From positions 1 to 32,000 of the forward strand of contig NZ_QLIR01000016.1 in assembly GCF_003428155.1 (NCBI RefSeq): a DNA stretch of 32,000 nt, read 5' to 3'. Every line of letters starts with the position of its first letter. Position 1 is the first letter of the stretch. The position numbers were made by a program, and so were the translations under genes. Of this stretch, positions 7,151-16,461 are shown piece by piece. The stretch is from Fastidiosibacter lacustris. Its GTDB lineage: Bacteria > Pseudomonadota > Gammaproteobacteria > Francisellales > Francisellaceae. The notes under the pieces are model-generated. The model saw only the letters and a program-made list of their open reading frames with translations. It did no database searches and had not been told where the DNA came from.

Positions 7151-8068
7151 ATGAATAGAATTGCAAATACAGTTGTCATGGTTCCGCCAACACACTTTGC
7201 TTTTAATGAGCAAACTGCTGTGAACAATACGTTTCAGAATAAACTGAACTTAAGTGAATCAAAGCTTACTCAGCAAGCAATGACTGAATTTAATGATATG
7301 GTGAATAAAATTCGTTGTTATGGAATTGAAGTAATTGTATTACCATCACCTAAAGAAAATACTCCTGATGCGGTCTTTCCCAATAATTGGTTTAGCACGC
7401 ATGAAATCAAAGACCAGAAATACCTCTATATTTACCCTATGTTTAGCAAGAATCGTCAAGCTGAAGTGCAAGTTGAAGCATTACAAAATGCTTTGCTACA
7501 AAAGACGGGGCGTAAATATATCATTCAGGATATAAGAGCTTTAGCAAATGGACGCGCCTTAGAAGGAACGGGAGTGTTTATATTTGATCATACAAGTAAA
7601 ACGGCTTTTCTTGCCTTATCTGAGCGAGCGGATATTGAGCTTGCACGCAAGGTTGTTGAAAAATTAGGTTATAAACTTGTTACCTTTAGCAGTACAGACA
7701 AAAATGGCAAGCCAATTTATCATACTAATGTCATGCTTGCCATTGCCGACAAATTTGCGGTTATTTGTTTAGAGGCAATTTCTGAGCAAAAAGAGCGCCT
7801 CATGGTACAACAGAAGCTTCAAGCAATTGGTAAAGAGCTAATCGATATTTCTTTTGAGCAGCTTTACCATATGGCTGGAAATGTATTGCAACTTACAAAT
7901 CAAAAACATGAGAAATATTTGCTGATGTCTAAACAAGCAGAAAATGTGTTGACTGAAGCGCAGAAACAACTCATTGATAAATATTGCCACCGCCTATCGT
8001 TTGATATCCCCACTATTGAAACGGTTGGTGGCGGTAGTGTGCGCTGTATGTTGGCAGAAGTTTTCTAA
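7151..8068 (+). CDS. Pentein (guanidino-group-modifying/amidinotransferase) superfamily hydrolase; resembles the family annotated as citrulline utilization hydrolase CtlX
   Basis: The 305-aa ORF starts NTVVMVPPTHFAFNEQTAVNNTFQ, has an internal HTNVMLAI, and ends GGGSVRCMLAEVF with a catalytic Cys. This is the layout of ADI-related pentein enzymes. It starts 28 nt after the frameshifted arcA stop, or 18 nt after the repaired stop at 7133. The CtlX name is from my recollection of database naming. Confidence 0.55.
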   Translation: MNRIANTVVMVPPTHFAFNEQTAVNNTFQNKLNLSESKLTQQAMTEFNDMVNKIRCYGIEVIVLPSPKENTPDAVFPNNWFSTHEIKDQKYLYIYPMFSKNRQAEVQVEALQNALLQKTGRKYIIQDIRALANGRALEGTGVFIFDHTSKTAFLALSERADIELARKVVEKLGYKLVTFSSTDKNGKPIYHTNVMLAIADKFAVICLEAISEQKERLMVQQKLQAIGKELIDISFEQLYHMAGNVLQLTNQKHEKYLLMSKQAENVLTEAQKQLIDKYCHRLSFDIPTIETVGGGSVRCMLAEVF

Positions 8069-8085
8069 AAATCCATGGGGGATCA

Positions 8086-8883
8086 ATGGCAATACAAAGC
8101 ATGCTTGATCAATATTACGTGATTGGTTATCCTGTTAAACACACTCTATCACCCAAAATACATAATGAGTTTGCCAGTCAAACGAAGCAAAATATGTGTT
8201 ATGGAGCACTTGAGGTTTATCCTGATAACCTTGAACAAGCGCTGAATATGCTTAAATTAGATGAGACTGTTAAAGGTCTAAGTATAACTCTACCTTTTAA
8301 AGAAAGGTTATATGAATATTGTGATCACTTAGAGCGGTTGGCAGAACAAGCACAAGCAGTCAGCAACGTGATTATCAATAATAAGCGAGAATTTATTGGT
8401 TTAAATCTTGATGGGTTGGGGTTAGTTAATGATATTAAAAACAATTTATACTTTCCGATTTACGCTAAAACGATATTAATTATAGGCGCAGGAGGAGCAG
8501 TAAAGGGTATTTTAGGTGCATTATTGCAAGAGGGACCAAGTAAAGTTGTGATTGCTAATCGCACACTAGCTAAAGCACAAATATTGGTTGAACGTATACA
8601 GTTACATAATACACAGCTAGAAGTCCAAGCTTTAGATGATATTATCGGTAGCTATGACCTTGTAATCAATGCTACATCAGCTAGTATCGATAACCAGCAG
8701 CTACCACTCGATTTGACAAACTTTAATAAAGGTGCCTTAGGTTATGATTTGATGTATGCGCAAAATGGTACGGTTTTTACACACTGGTGTAAGCAAAATG
8801 GCATTAATGCAGTAGATGGGAAAGGTATGCTCACGGAGTTAAGTAAGATTGCCTTTTATTGCTGGCGAGGTGTAAGAATTTAA
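8086..8883 (+). CDS. aroE: Shikimate dehydrogenase
   Basis: AroE motifs are present: YVIGYPVKHTLSPKIHN, SITLPFKE, NLDGLG and the NADP loop IIGAGGAVKGI. Confidence 0.9.
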   Translation: MAIQSMLDQYYVIGYPVKHTLSPKIHNEFASQTKQNMCYGALEVYPDNLEQALNMLKLDETVKGLSITLPFKERLYEYCDHLERLAEQAQAVSNVIINNKREFIGLNLDGLGLVNDIKNNLYFPIYAKTILIIGAGGAVKGILGALLQEGPSKVVIANRTLAKAQILVERIQLHNTQLEVQALDDIIGSYDLVINATSASIDNQQLPLDLTNFNKGALGYDLMYAQNGTVFTHWCKQNGINAVDGKGMLTELSKIAFYCWRGVRI

Positions 8884-9809
8884 AAAGATGAGATGAGTCT
8901 AGTACATTCATTATCGTAACTCACTGTAAACTCTCGTCTTTCGCCTGTTTTAGGATCACTGAATTCAAGTTTGGCAGAGTGTAAAAAAAGGCGCTTAAAT
9001 CCTTGTTGATAAAGTTTTTTATCTTGCTCTTCTACCCCATATTTTTTATCACAAACAATTGGATGATCAAATGCGGCTAAATGAACACGAATTTGGTGGG
9101 TACGTCCTGTGTGAGGAGTTGCCTCAACAAGTGTGTAGTCATCAAATTTTTGTAAAATGCGAATGCTTGTTAGAGCATCTTTGCCTTGTATTTTGTCAAC
9201 TTTGACTACACGCTCGCCATGCGGCAAAAGGTGGCGTTTAAGTGGTAGATCAATTTGCTTGACTTTGTTCGACCACGTACCGTGCACTAATGCATGATAA
9301 GTTTTTTGTATTTCACGTTTTTTCAAAGCTTCATGGAAATATGTTAGGATGCTATATTTTTTAGCAATGATCATGCAACCTGATGTTTCTTTGTCTAACC
9401 GATGAGCAAGCTCCAGTTTTTTAGCGTATGGACGTAATTGTCTTAAGCGTTCAATCAAACCAGAACTCACGCCTGAACCACCATGTACCGCAACGCCTGA
9501 AGGTTTATTAATAATCATATAATCGTCGTTTTCATATAAAATAAGCGACTCAAGGAAGTTCAGATGATCTGCGCTGATTTTTATTGATTTGTGATCATCT
9601 TCTAATGTGAACGGTGGAATGCGGATAATATCACCTATTTGGACACGATAGGTTTGTTTGATGCGTTTTTTATTCACCCGCAGCTCACCCTTACGAATCC
9701 AACGATAAATCAAAGTTTTTGGCAATTTGCTAAATTGACCGATTAAAAAGTTATCAATGCGCTGACCATTACGATCTGGATCAACATTTAGGTATTGAAC
9801 TGAAGTCAT
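8880..9809 (-). CDS. rluC: 23S rRNA pseudouridine synthase, RluA family with N-terminal S4 domain (RluC-like)
   Basis: GQRIDNFLIGQFSKLPKTLIYRWIRKGELRVNKKRIK aligns with the E. coli RluC N-terminus. The catalytic HRLDKETSGCMIIAKK and GRTHQIRVHLA are present. The gene is convergent with aroE and overlaps it by 4 nt. Confidence 0.8.
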   Translation of the reverse strand: MTSVQYLNVDPDRNGQRIDNFLIGQFSKLPKTLIYRWIRKGELRVNKKRIKQTYRVQIGDIIRIPPFTLEDDHKSIKISADHLNFLESLILYENDDYMIINKPSGVAVHGGSGVSSGLIERLRQLRPYAKKLELAHRLDKETSGCMIIAKKYSILTYFHEALKKREIQKTYHALVHGTWSNKVKQIDLPLKRHLLPHGERVVKVDKIQGKDALTSIRILQKFDDYTLVEATPHTGRTHQIRVHLAAFDHPIVCDKKYGVEEQDKKLYQQGFKRLFLHSAKLEFSDPKTGERREFTVSYDNECTRLISSF

Positions 9810-10088
9810 ATTAGTGCCTTTATTTACTCCGACATAAACGCTTGACGTTGTTGGTAAGTGTCTTGCTGATGAAAAACTTTAGTTAAGTGTACCAAAAAAA
9901 ATAACAAAAATGCTGAGAAAATTGAAATCTGTCCAAAAGCAGATTGTGATCAAGATTTAAAAATCGCGAAGGTAATTATGCTGTGATATTTACTCATAAA
10001 GCGATGGAGTGCTCGTAAATTCTTCGACTTTTAAGCGTGGTTGGTTACAATAGTCTGGTTTTATTTAGACTATCAAAAAGGACGCATA

Positions 10089-11282
10089 ATGAATAAAGCA
10101 TTTTACGATTACCTTAAACAAGGCATTCAAGAAATTAAAGACGCTGGTATCTATAAAGCTGAGCGTATTCTTAACTCTCCTCAGTCTTCAGATATTACCT
10201 TAAAAAATGGAGAGCATGTCATTAACTTCTGTGCCAATAATTATTTGGGGCTGGCAGATAATAAAAAACTGATTGAAACAGCTAAGTTAGCATTAGATAA
10301 ATATGGCTATGGCTCAGCATCTGTACGCTTTATTTGTGGGACTCAAACACCGCACAAAGAGCTGGAAGAGTTGATTAGTGATTATTTGAAGATGGACGAA
10401 ACCATCGTTTTTCCATCTTGCTTTGACGCAAATGGTGGTGTGTTTGAATCACTATTAAATACAGAGGATGCCATTATTAGTGATCAATTGAATCATGCTA
10501 GTATTATTGATGGAATCCGCTTATGCAAAGCAATGCGTTTTCGCTATCAAAACAATCATATGGCAGATTTAGAAACGCAGTTAAAAGCAGCAGATGAAAA
10601 AGGTGCGCGCTTTAAGCTGATCGTAACTGATGGTGTGTTCTCAATGGATGGTATTATCACAAATTTAAAGGGCATATGTGATTTAGCCGATAAATATCAT
10701 GCACTTGTCATGGTTGATGATTCACATGCCACTGGTTTTATTGGTGAAAAGGGACGGGGCACACCAAGCTTTTGTGGGGTTGAAGGTCGAGTTGATATTA
10801 TCACTAGTACACTTGGTAAAGCATTAGGTGGCGCTTCAGGTGGTTTTGTTGCAGCACGCGCACCAATTGCTGAAATGCTAAAACAAAAAGCACGCCCTTA
10901 TTTGTTTTCAAACTCTCTGGCACCGATAATTGCAGCAACCTCAATTGAAGCGATTAAGTTAGCAATACATTCAGATGAACGCAGAGAAATCTTACAACGT
11001 AATCAAAAGTATTTTAGACAAAAGATGACCGAAGCAGGATTCAACCTTATTCCAGGACAGCATCCTATTATTCCTGTAATGTTATATGAAGAGAAAAAAG
11101 CAGCGCAAATGGCAGAACAACTACTTAAAAAAGGTATTTATGTCATCGCATTTTCTTATCCTGTGGTACCAAAAGGCTTAGCACGTATTCGGACGCAGAT
11201 GTCGGCAGCACATACGGTTGAACAAATCGATAAAACTGTAGCTGCCTTTATTGAAGTTGGTAAAAAAATGGGTGTGATTTAA
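10089..11282 (+). CDS. kbl: 2-amino-3-ketobutyrate CoA ligase (glycine C-acetyltransferase)
   Basis: It has a class-II PLP aminotransferase/Kbl layout: NFCANNYLGL, SVRFICGTQ, DQLNHASIIDG, the PLP Lys in TSTLGKALGGASGG, and RIRTQMSAAHT. The ORF track starts at the TTG at 10041. The ATG at 10089 after AAGGA gives the canonical MNKAFYDYL... start. Confidence 0.9.
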   Translation: MNKAFYDYLKQGIQEIKDAGIYKAERILNSPQSSDITLKNGEHVINFCANNYLGLADNKKLIETAKLALDKYGYGSASVRFICGTQTPHKELEELISDYLKMDETIVFPSCFDANGGVFESLLNTEDAIISDQLNHASIIDGIRLCKAMRFRYQNNHMADLETQLKAADEKGARFKLIVTDGVFSMDGIITNLKGICDLADKYHALVMVDDSHATGFIGEKGRGTPSFCGVEGRVDIITSTLGKALGGASGGFVAARAPIAEMLKQKARPYLFSNSLAPIIAATSIEAIKLAIHSDERREILQRNQKYFRQKMTEAGFNLIPGQHPIIPVMLYEEKKAAQMAEQLLKKGIYVIAFSYPVVPKGLARIRTQMSAAHTVEQIDKTVAAFIEVGKKMGVI

Positions 11283-12344
11283 ATGCAAAAAACAATGAAA
11301 GCACTATCAAAGCTAAAAGCAGAACCTGGGATTTGGATGACAGAATTACCCATCCCCGAGGTTGGACATAATGATGTATTGATAAAAGTCAAAAAAACAG
11401 CGATTTGTGGTACAGATTTACATATTTACTTATGGGATGAGTGGTCACAAAAAACAATTCCAATCCCCATGGCAGTTGGACATGAATTCGTTGGTGAAAT
11501 CATTGAAGTAGGCTGTGAAGTAAAAGGATTTAAAGTAGGTGATCGCGTATCTGGTGAAGGACACATTACTTGTGGTTTTTGTCGCAACTGTCGCGCAGGT
11601 AAGCGTCATCTATGCCGTAATACGGTTGGGGTGGGTGTTAATCGCCAAGGAGCTTTTGCAGAGTACCTAGTCATCCCTGCTGAGAATACTTTTAAAGTGC
11701 CAAATTATGTGGATGATGATATTGCCAGCATGTTTGATCCTTTTGGTAATGCGGTACATACGGCATTATCATTTGATTTAATAGGTGAAGATGTATTAAT
11801 CACCGGTGCTGGTCCAATAGGTATTATGGCTGTAGCCATTGCGCGCCATGTCGGAGCTAAACATATTGTCATCACCGATGTGAACGAATATCGCTTAAAT
11901 CTGGCAAAGCAATTGGGTGCAGATATCGCACTTAACGTAAGCGTGTATAAATCAGCACAAGAACAAGCTGATGCACTTAAAAAATGTATGCAGCAATTAG
12001 GTATGACAGAAGGTTTTGACGTTGGCATGGAAATGTCTGGTAATCAAAGTGCTATTCCAGCAATGATTAAAACAATGAATAATGGTGGCAGTATTGCCAT
12101 GCTTGGCATCAGTAAGGGAGAGCTCAGTGTACCTTGGAACGATATTGTATTTAAAGGCTTGCATTTAAAAGGCATCTATGGACGTGAAATTTATGAAACT
12201 TGGTACAAAATGGCAAGTATGGTGGGCTCAGGTTTAAATATTAGTTCTGTCATTACACACCAGTTTCATATAGATGACTTTATCAAAGGATTTGAATTAA
12301 TGAAGTCTGGTCAGTGTGGTAAAGTAATTTTGAATTGGAGCTAG
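11283..12344 (+). CDS. tdh: L-threonine 3-dehydrogenase
   Basis: It is almost colinear with E. coli Tdh: [17 protein letters not shown]..., [41 protein letters not shown], ...GKVILNW. The ATG at 11283 abuts the kbl TAA; the E. coli-like start is the ATG at 11295. Confidence 0.95.
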   Translation: MQKTMKALSKLKAEPGIWMTELPIPEVGHNDVLIKVKKTAICGTDLHIYLWDEWSQKTIPIPMAVGHEFVGEIIEVGCEVKGFKVGDRVSGEGHITCGFCRNCRAGKRHLCRNTVGVGVNRQGAFAEYLVIPAENTFKVPNYVDDDIASMFDPFGNAVHTALSFDLIGEDVLITGAGPIGIMAVAIARHVGAKHIVITDVNEYRLNLAKQLGADIALNVSVYKSAQEQADALKKCMQQLGMTEGFDVGMEMSGNQSAIPAMIKTMNNGGSIAMLGISKGELSVPWNDIVFKGLHLKGIYGREIYETWYKMASMVGSGLNISSVITHQFHIDDFIKGFELMKSGQCGKVILNWS

Positions 12345-12468
12345 AGTCTGTCTCTCCATCTAACTGTGTAAATTTTTCATAATTCCAAATTCTGCCTTCA
12401 AATTTGATTAAAAAATGAGACATAGCTTCACTCCAATTGGGAGTATTCAAATAATTGTGTAAATTCAT
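12345..12468 (-). pseudogene. C-terminal fragment of an IS256-family (mutator-type) transposase
   Basis: The minus-strand peptide ...TPNWSEAMSHFLIKFEGRI... matches the spacing of the conserved IS256-family tail DW.aAl..F.I.F.dR (W1, A4, F8, I10, F12, R15). No upstream transposase body is present, and the ORF track extends it spuriously into tdh. Confidence 0.4.
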
Positions 12469-12499
12469 TCCTAGGTTATGATGATAAAAACATATAATC

Positions 12500-12665
12500 T
12501 AGGAACGAAAGACGAGAAATAGAAAACAAAATGAAGCTTTAAATCAAGCGCGTGATCTGATTGTTGATTCAGGCGCTGATCTGTCAAATTTATTTAAATC
12601 AGAAGGTTTGCTAAAACAACTCACATAAGGGTTAATTGAATGCGCTTTACAAAGTGAATTAAAAT
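12500..12665 (+). pseudogene. N-terminal fragment of an IS256-family transposase, with an internal stop
   Basis: The plus-strand frame from about 12509 reads ...NEALNQARDLIVDSGADLSNLFKSEGLLKQLT*GLIECALQSELK. Compare the family N-terminus ...GGLL.qLkK.l.ErAL.aEld.HL. It has an in-frame TAA and is truncated about 20 nt before the cpoB stop. Confidence 0.45.
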
Positions 12666-12683
12666 TTGAATATTTCCTTAAAT

Positions 12684-13391
12684 TTATCTAATTTCCTTCA
12701 ACTGCTCTTGTGCTTTTGCTATCAGATCTGAATGTGGGTATTTTGCAATGATTTCATCAAGGTATTTTTTTGCTATTTTGCTGTTGCCTTTACTTATTTC
12801 CAGTAATGCCAAGGCATACGTTGCATCGGCGATTTTAATACTTTTAGGATATCGTGTTACAATCGTTTTGAACTGTTGATAAGCAAAATCTATGTCACCA
12901 TTGATAAGGTAAATTTGCCCCAACAAATATAAAGATTCTGAATAGTGCTCACCATTGTAATAATCTTTAAGATATTGCTTAAATAAGCCCTCAGCATCTT
13001 TATACTTTTTCGCTAGTAGTGCTTTACTTGCTTTGTCAAACGCAGCGTTATCATTTTCTAACCTTAACTCCTTGGGTGAGGGTTTATTGATTTCTTTTTT
13101 AAGCGCATTTAACTCTTTTTCAAAAGTCGCAAGCTTGGAATCTATCAACACATTAAGTTGATTGATTTTATAGCTATTGAGCTCAATTTGACCACGTAAG
13201 TCATTGAGCTGTTGACGAAAATCTTGATTACTGACCTTATTTTGTTGATTAATCAAATATTGCACTTGATTGCTCAGCTTAGTAGTTTCAAGTTTAAGGT
13301 TTGCAACATCCGCATTTAAGTTTGCAAACACTAAACCTGGCGCAAAAACAAGCAACACCCCGCATATGCCTAGCTTTCTTACTTTTGTCAT
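12684..13391 (-). CDS. cpoB: Tol-Pal system periplasmic protein CpoB/YbgF (coiled coil + TPR)
   Basis: It has a signal peptide, an N-terminal coiled coil and C-terminal TPR-like repeats (...YLLGQIYLINGDIDFAYQQFKTIVTRYPKS...). It is the last gene of the tolQRAB-pal cluster. Confidence 0.85.
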   Translation of the reverse strand: MTKVRKLGICGVLLVFAPGLVFANLNADVANLKLETTKLSNQVQYLINQQNKVSNQDFRQQLNDLRGQIELNSYKINQLNVLIDSKLATFEKELNALKKEINKPSPKELRLENDNAAFDKASKALLAKKYKDAEGLFKQYLKDYYNGEHYSESLYLLGQIYLINGDIDFAYQQFKTIVTRYPKSIKIADATYALALLEISKGNSKIAKKYLDEIIAKYPHSDLIAKAQEQLKEIR

Positions 13392-13404
13392 AACTACTTA
13401 TCCA

Positions 13405-14085
13405 TTAACCGCATTGTTGACCAAATTCAAGCTCGGTGCGGCGATCCAAATAATAAGCATGCTGACGTGCTTTGGCTTTACATGCCACATTTTCAGTAGC
13501 TCCACACATTTGTGCATAAAATTGAGAAGGAGCCGCAGCAGGTTGTGATTTACCGTAACTCACCGTGCAAACATCTCCTCCTGTTACACCTTGTTGTAAC
13601 AAGTATTGACGCACATTATCGGCGCGACGCTGACCAAGGTTTAAGTTATATTTTTCACTTCCGCGTGGATCAGTGTGACCTGCTAAGCGAATCGGTTGAT
13701 TGTATTTCAATAAATAACTCGCTACTTGATTTAAGCAGCTTTTTGCATCAGCGGTAAGCTCTGTACTATCAAACGCAAAATAGACACGCTGACATGACGA
13801 CATACTATTTAATGCTGCCATCATTTGTTGTTGCTGTTTAGGGGTATATTGACCAATATTAGCAATTTGACTTTGCAAGTCAGCAATACTTTGACTATCC
13901 AAGCTACCAGCTTGACCTAGTGCATTTGTTTCAACGTCAGAATTTGTTGCACTTGTCCCCAAACCACCTTCGGGTCCAACTCCTTCAATCGGAGCCTGCC
14001 TCTGTGAAGCGCAACCTGCAACGAATAATATCGATAATAAACTTGCCATTGCCAAAAGATTTTTTTTTGTTTGTTTATTTGCCAT
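13405..14085 (-). CDS. pal: Peptidoglycan-associated lipoprotein (OmpA-like domain)
   Basis: The lipobox is LFVAGC. The OmpA-like domain is present: VYFAFDSTELTADAKSCLNQVASYL...IRLAGHTDPRGSEKYNLNLGQRRADNV...DRRTELEF. It lies between tolB and cpoB. Confidence 0.9.
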   Translation of the reverse strand: MANKQTKKNLLAMASLLSILFVAGCASQRQAPIEGVGPEGGLGTSATNSDVETNALGQAGSLDSQSIADLQSQIANIGQYTPKQQQQMMAALNSMSSCQRVYFAFDSTELTADAKSCLNQVASYLLKYNQPIRLAGHTDPRGSEKYNLNLGQRRADNVRQYLLQQGVTGGDVCTVSYGKSQPAAAPSQFYAQMCGATENVACKAKARQHAYYLDRRTELEFGQQCG

Positions 14086-14145
14086 TTTTAGTCCTTAATT
14101 ATTTTTTTACTACCCGTGATTTTTAGAAAATCAGAATACTATAAT

Positions 14146-15465
14146 TTATATCATCTGTGACCATGCAGGAGATTGCACTGCTCCTACGGTATTGGATGGT
14201 AAGGTAATTTGCACCTTGCCGTCAATGGATACCATCGCTAGATTCGCCCCTCCCCCTACTTGCCCTTGACTGTAGATAATCATATTGCCATCAGGGGAAA
14301 CGCTTGGCGAAGAATCCATTTGTCCTTGTGTGAGTACTGTAATTTTTTGAGTCGCTAGATCAACTTTTGCGATTTGAGTACCCGAATTACCATCTTTCTG
14401 ATACATAAATACAATGTTTTGACCATTTGGCGTATACTGCGGATCAAAAGCTTGATTTGGTCCATAGGTTAAGCGCTCAGATGAAGGGTATTTACTGTTA
14501 ATATCAGTGATATAAATCTGCGGACTCCCGCCCCGATTAGAAACGAATGCTAACTGCTTGCCTGAGGGTGAAAAGGCAGGTGCGGTATTGATACCATTTA
14601 AGGTTAATTTCTTATAAAGCTTATTATTATTCAAATTCATCAAATAAATATTCGTGTTTTCCGAATACCCTTGTGATAAGGCCATAGCTAGTGTATTTCC
14701 ATCTGGTGAGAACGCAGGTGAGCTATTAATACCCTGATAACTTGCCACTTTTTTGCGTTGCCCAGTGTACACCTCAATCGTATAAATCGCCATATTTCCT
14801 CTGCTATAACTTACATAAGCAATAGTTTTGCCATCCTTTGACCAACTGGGTGACATGATCGGTTCTTTTGTTTGACGTAACAATACATGGGGATTAAAAC
14901 CATCATAATCTGACACAATGAGCTGATATACGGCTTTTTTTGTATCATAAGGATTTTCAACGTCTACATAGACAAGCTTAGAAGTAAAATAACCTTTGCT
15001 ACCTGTGATTGCTTCATAAATGAAATTACTAATTGTATGGGCAACCGATCGTAGTTGATTACTTTTGATATTGCTAAATTTACGTGCACTTAACACACTG
15101 TTACTTAATTTACTGACTAGCTCATAGCTTATATCATAGCTACCACCATTATCTTGAACCTCCCCAATCACAATGTAATCTGCAGACCATTTGGACCAAT
15201 TGATCTCACTCACACGATTAAGTTTTTGCCGAAAATCCTTTGTTTGTGGCGCCAAACGACCTGAGTTTCTTAAATCATCTGCAATCACGTAAGAAATGCC
15301 ATCTGGTACTTCAGTATTTTTAGGGTAGGCACCACTAAATGGCATTACTGCCACAGGAATTTGCTGTGAGACGCCTTGGGTAATGTTAATCGTAAGCCTT
15401 GCTTGTACTGCTACTGTCGACACAACTAAAAAAATCATTGTCAAAGCTTGGAATAGTTTTTGCAT
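14146..15465 (-). CDS. tolB: Tol-Pal system beta-propeller protein TolB
   Basis: It has a signal peptide and repeated propeller blades (PSWSKDGKTIAYVS, PAFSPDGNTLAM, PAFSPSGKQLAFVSNRGGSPQIY, PQYTPNGQNIVF, PSVSPDGNMIIY). Confidence 0.95.
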   Translation of the reverse strand: MQKLFQALTMIFLVVSTVAVQARLTINITQGVSQQIPVAVMPFSGAYPKNTEVPDGISYVIADDLRNSGRLAPQTKDFRQKLNRVSEINWSKWSADYIVIGEVQDNGGSYDISYELVSKLSNSVLSARKFSNIKSNQLRSVAHTISNFIYEAITGSKGYFTSKLVYVDVENPYDTKKAVYQLIVSDYDGFNPHVLLRQTKEPIMSPSWSKDGKTIAYVSYSRGNMAIYTIEVYTGQRKKVASYQGINSSPAFSPDGNTLAMALSQGYSENTNIYLMNLNNNKLYKKLTLNGINTAPAFSPSGKQLAFVSNRGGSPQIYITDINSKYPSSERLTYGPNQAFDPQYTPNGQNIVFMYQKDGNSGTQIAKVDLATQKITVLTQGQMDSSPSVSPDGNMIIYSQGQVGGGANLAMVSIDGKVQITLPSNTVGAVQSPAWSQMI

Positions 15466-15468
15466 TGT

Positions 15469-16461
15469 TTATCCTTGTTCACCAAATTGAAAATCAATAC
15501 CTTCTGATATGAGTTTTTTTGCACCAATATCGTTTGGTAAAGTAGGTGCTTGTACGTTTTTAAATGCTAATAATAATGACCGATCACATTGCATATTACC
15601 ACTAGAAACGAAAATCGTTGGTGTGCGTCCTGGAATAACCGTCACTGTAGGCAACTGATTTGCACTGATTTTACGGCAATCATCCATTATCCATACGGCT
15701 TCAATACGTGCCTTATACGCTTGAGCATAAGTCTGTAGAGCTTTTTGCGTTGCACTTTGTGCGGCTAGTTCAGCGCTTTGGGCATTTAAATCATTTAATG
15801 CTGATTGCTGTAAAGCCTTTAATGCCTCTTGCTGACGAACTTTGGCTTGTGCTTGTTGCTCTAATTTGAGCACTTTTTGGCGTTCAAGCTCAGCTGCTTT
15901 AGATTGTGCTTCTTGCTTTAGTTTTTGTTCTTTTTCTTTCTGCTCTTTTTGTGCTTTTTCACGTAACACCTGTTGCTTTTTTTCTTCTACTTGAATCTTG
16001 AGTTTTTCCTCTTGTGCTTTTTGTTTTGCTTCTTCAGCAAGCCTTAGCTGTTCTTGACGTACGGCTTCTTGTTTTGCTTGAGTCAGCTTTTCTTCCATTT
16101 CTTTTATTTTATCCTGGCGTTTGCGCGCTTGAATTTGTTGTTGCTCATAAACTTGTTGCACAGCTTGATAGGCTTTTAACTCTTTATCTAAGTCTTCGCT
16201 AGATATCGCTTGAGCTTGCACAATCTCTTTATTTGAGATGTTTACAAGCGGAAGATTAGCAGTTAGGTTTAAGGTTTGTTTATTACTCTGCAATATTGCC
16301 TTTAATGCCACCAAACCAATCAGCAAACCAATATGTAATAACACGGAATAAACGAAACTACGACGCTCAAACGTTTTTGTGACACTTACATAGATTAGTT
16401 TTATTTGGTCAAATACTGCTTTTTTTGTTGCCTTACGCATATGACTATCGTTGCGAGTCAT
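15469..16461 (-). CDS. tolA: Tol-Pal system protein TolA
   Basis: It has an N-terminal TM anchor (FVYSVLLHIGLLIGLVAL), a long E/K/Q/A-rich helical domain and a C-terminal globular domain, and lies between tolR and tolB. The start is either 16461 (overlapping the tolR stop) or the ATG at 16440. Confidence 0.8.
   Translation of the reverse strand: MTRNDSHMRKATKKAVFDQIKLIYVSVTKTFERRSFVYSVLLHIGLLIGLVALKAILQSNKQTLNLTANLPLVNISNKEIVQAQAISSEDLDKELKAYQAVQQVYEQQQIQARKRQDKIKEMEEKLTQAKQEAVRQEQLRLAEEAKQKAQEEKLKIQVEEKKQQVLREKAQKEQKEKEQKLKQEAQSKAAELERQKVLKLEQQAQAKVRQQEALKALQQSALNDLNAQSAELAAQSATQKALQTYAQAYKARIEAVWIMDDCRKISANQLPTVTVIPGRTPTIFVSSGNMQCDRSLLLAFKNVQAPTLPNDIGAKKLISEGIDFQFGEQG

Noticed and set aside
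11705-12028. Long embedded ORFs from the track lying antisense or out of frame within strongly conserved genes. Examples: 11705..12028 in tdh, 21528..21839 in sucC, 24543..24863, 28693..29073 across lpxL/lipoprotein, 5121..5440 in ocd, 18853..19119 and 19222..19458 in LOG, 30055..30330 in pncB, 13270..13548 and 13512..13757 in cpoB/pal.
   Set aside because: Each lies entirely inside a gene whose translation matches a well-known family end to end. Their own translations show no recognisable motifs. They are treated as frame shadows.
13405-13560. Cys-containing segment near the Pal C-terminus (YAQMCGATENVACKAKARQ...) and the unusually long Pal (226 aa)
   Set aside because: The Cys pair sits just before the DRRTELEF (NRRVE-type) motif. 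That is where E. coli OmpA and other OmpA-like domains carry a disulfide loop. The extra length comes from a disordered linker after the lipobox. This is normal family variation.
14060-14068. A9/T9 homopolymer in the first codons of pal (…ACA AAA AAA AAT…) as a possible phase switch
   Set aside because: The gene is in frame as sequenced, pal is essential-type housekeeping, and A/T runs of this length are expected by composition in an AT-rich genome. The G9 run in arcA is different in that respect.
15700-16250. Apparent repetitiveness in tolA (KEQ/AKQ-rich region) as a possible DNA tandem repeat
   Set aside because: It is amino-acid low complexity typical of TolA domain II. I could not find exact nucleotide-level tandem units.
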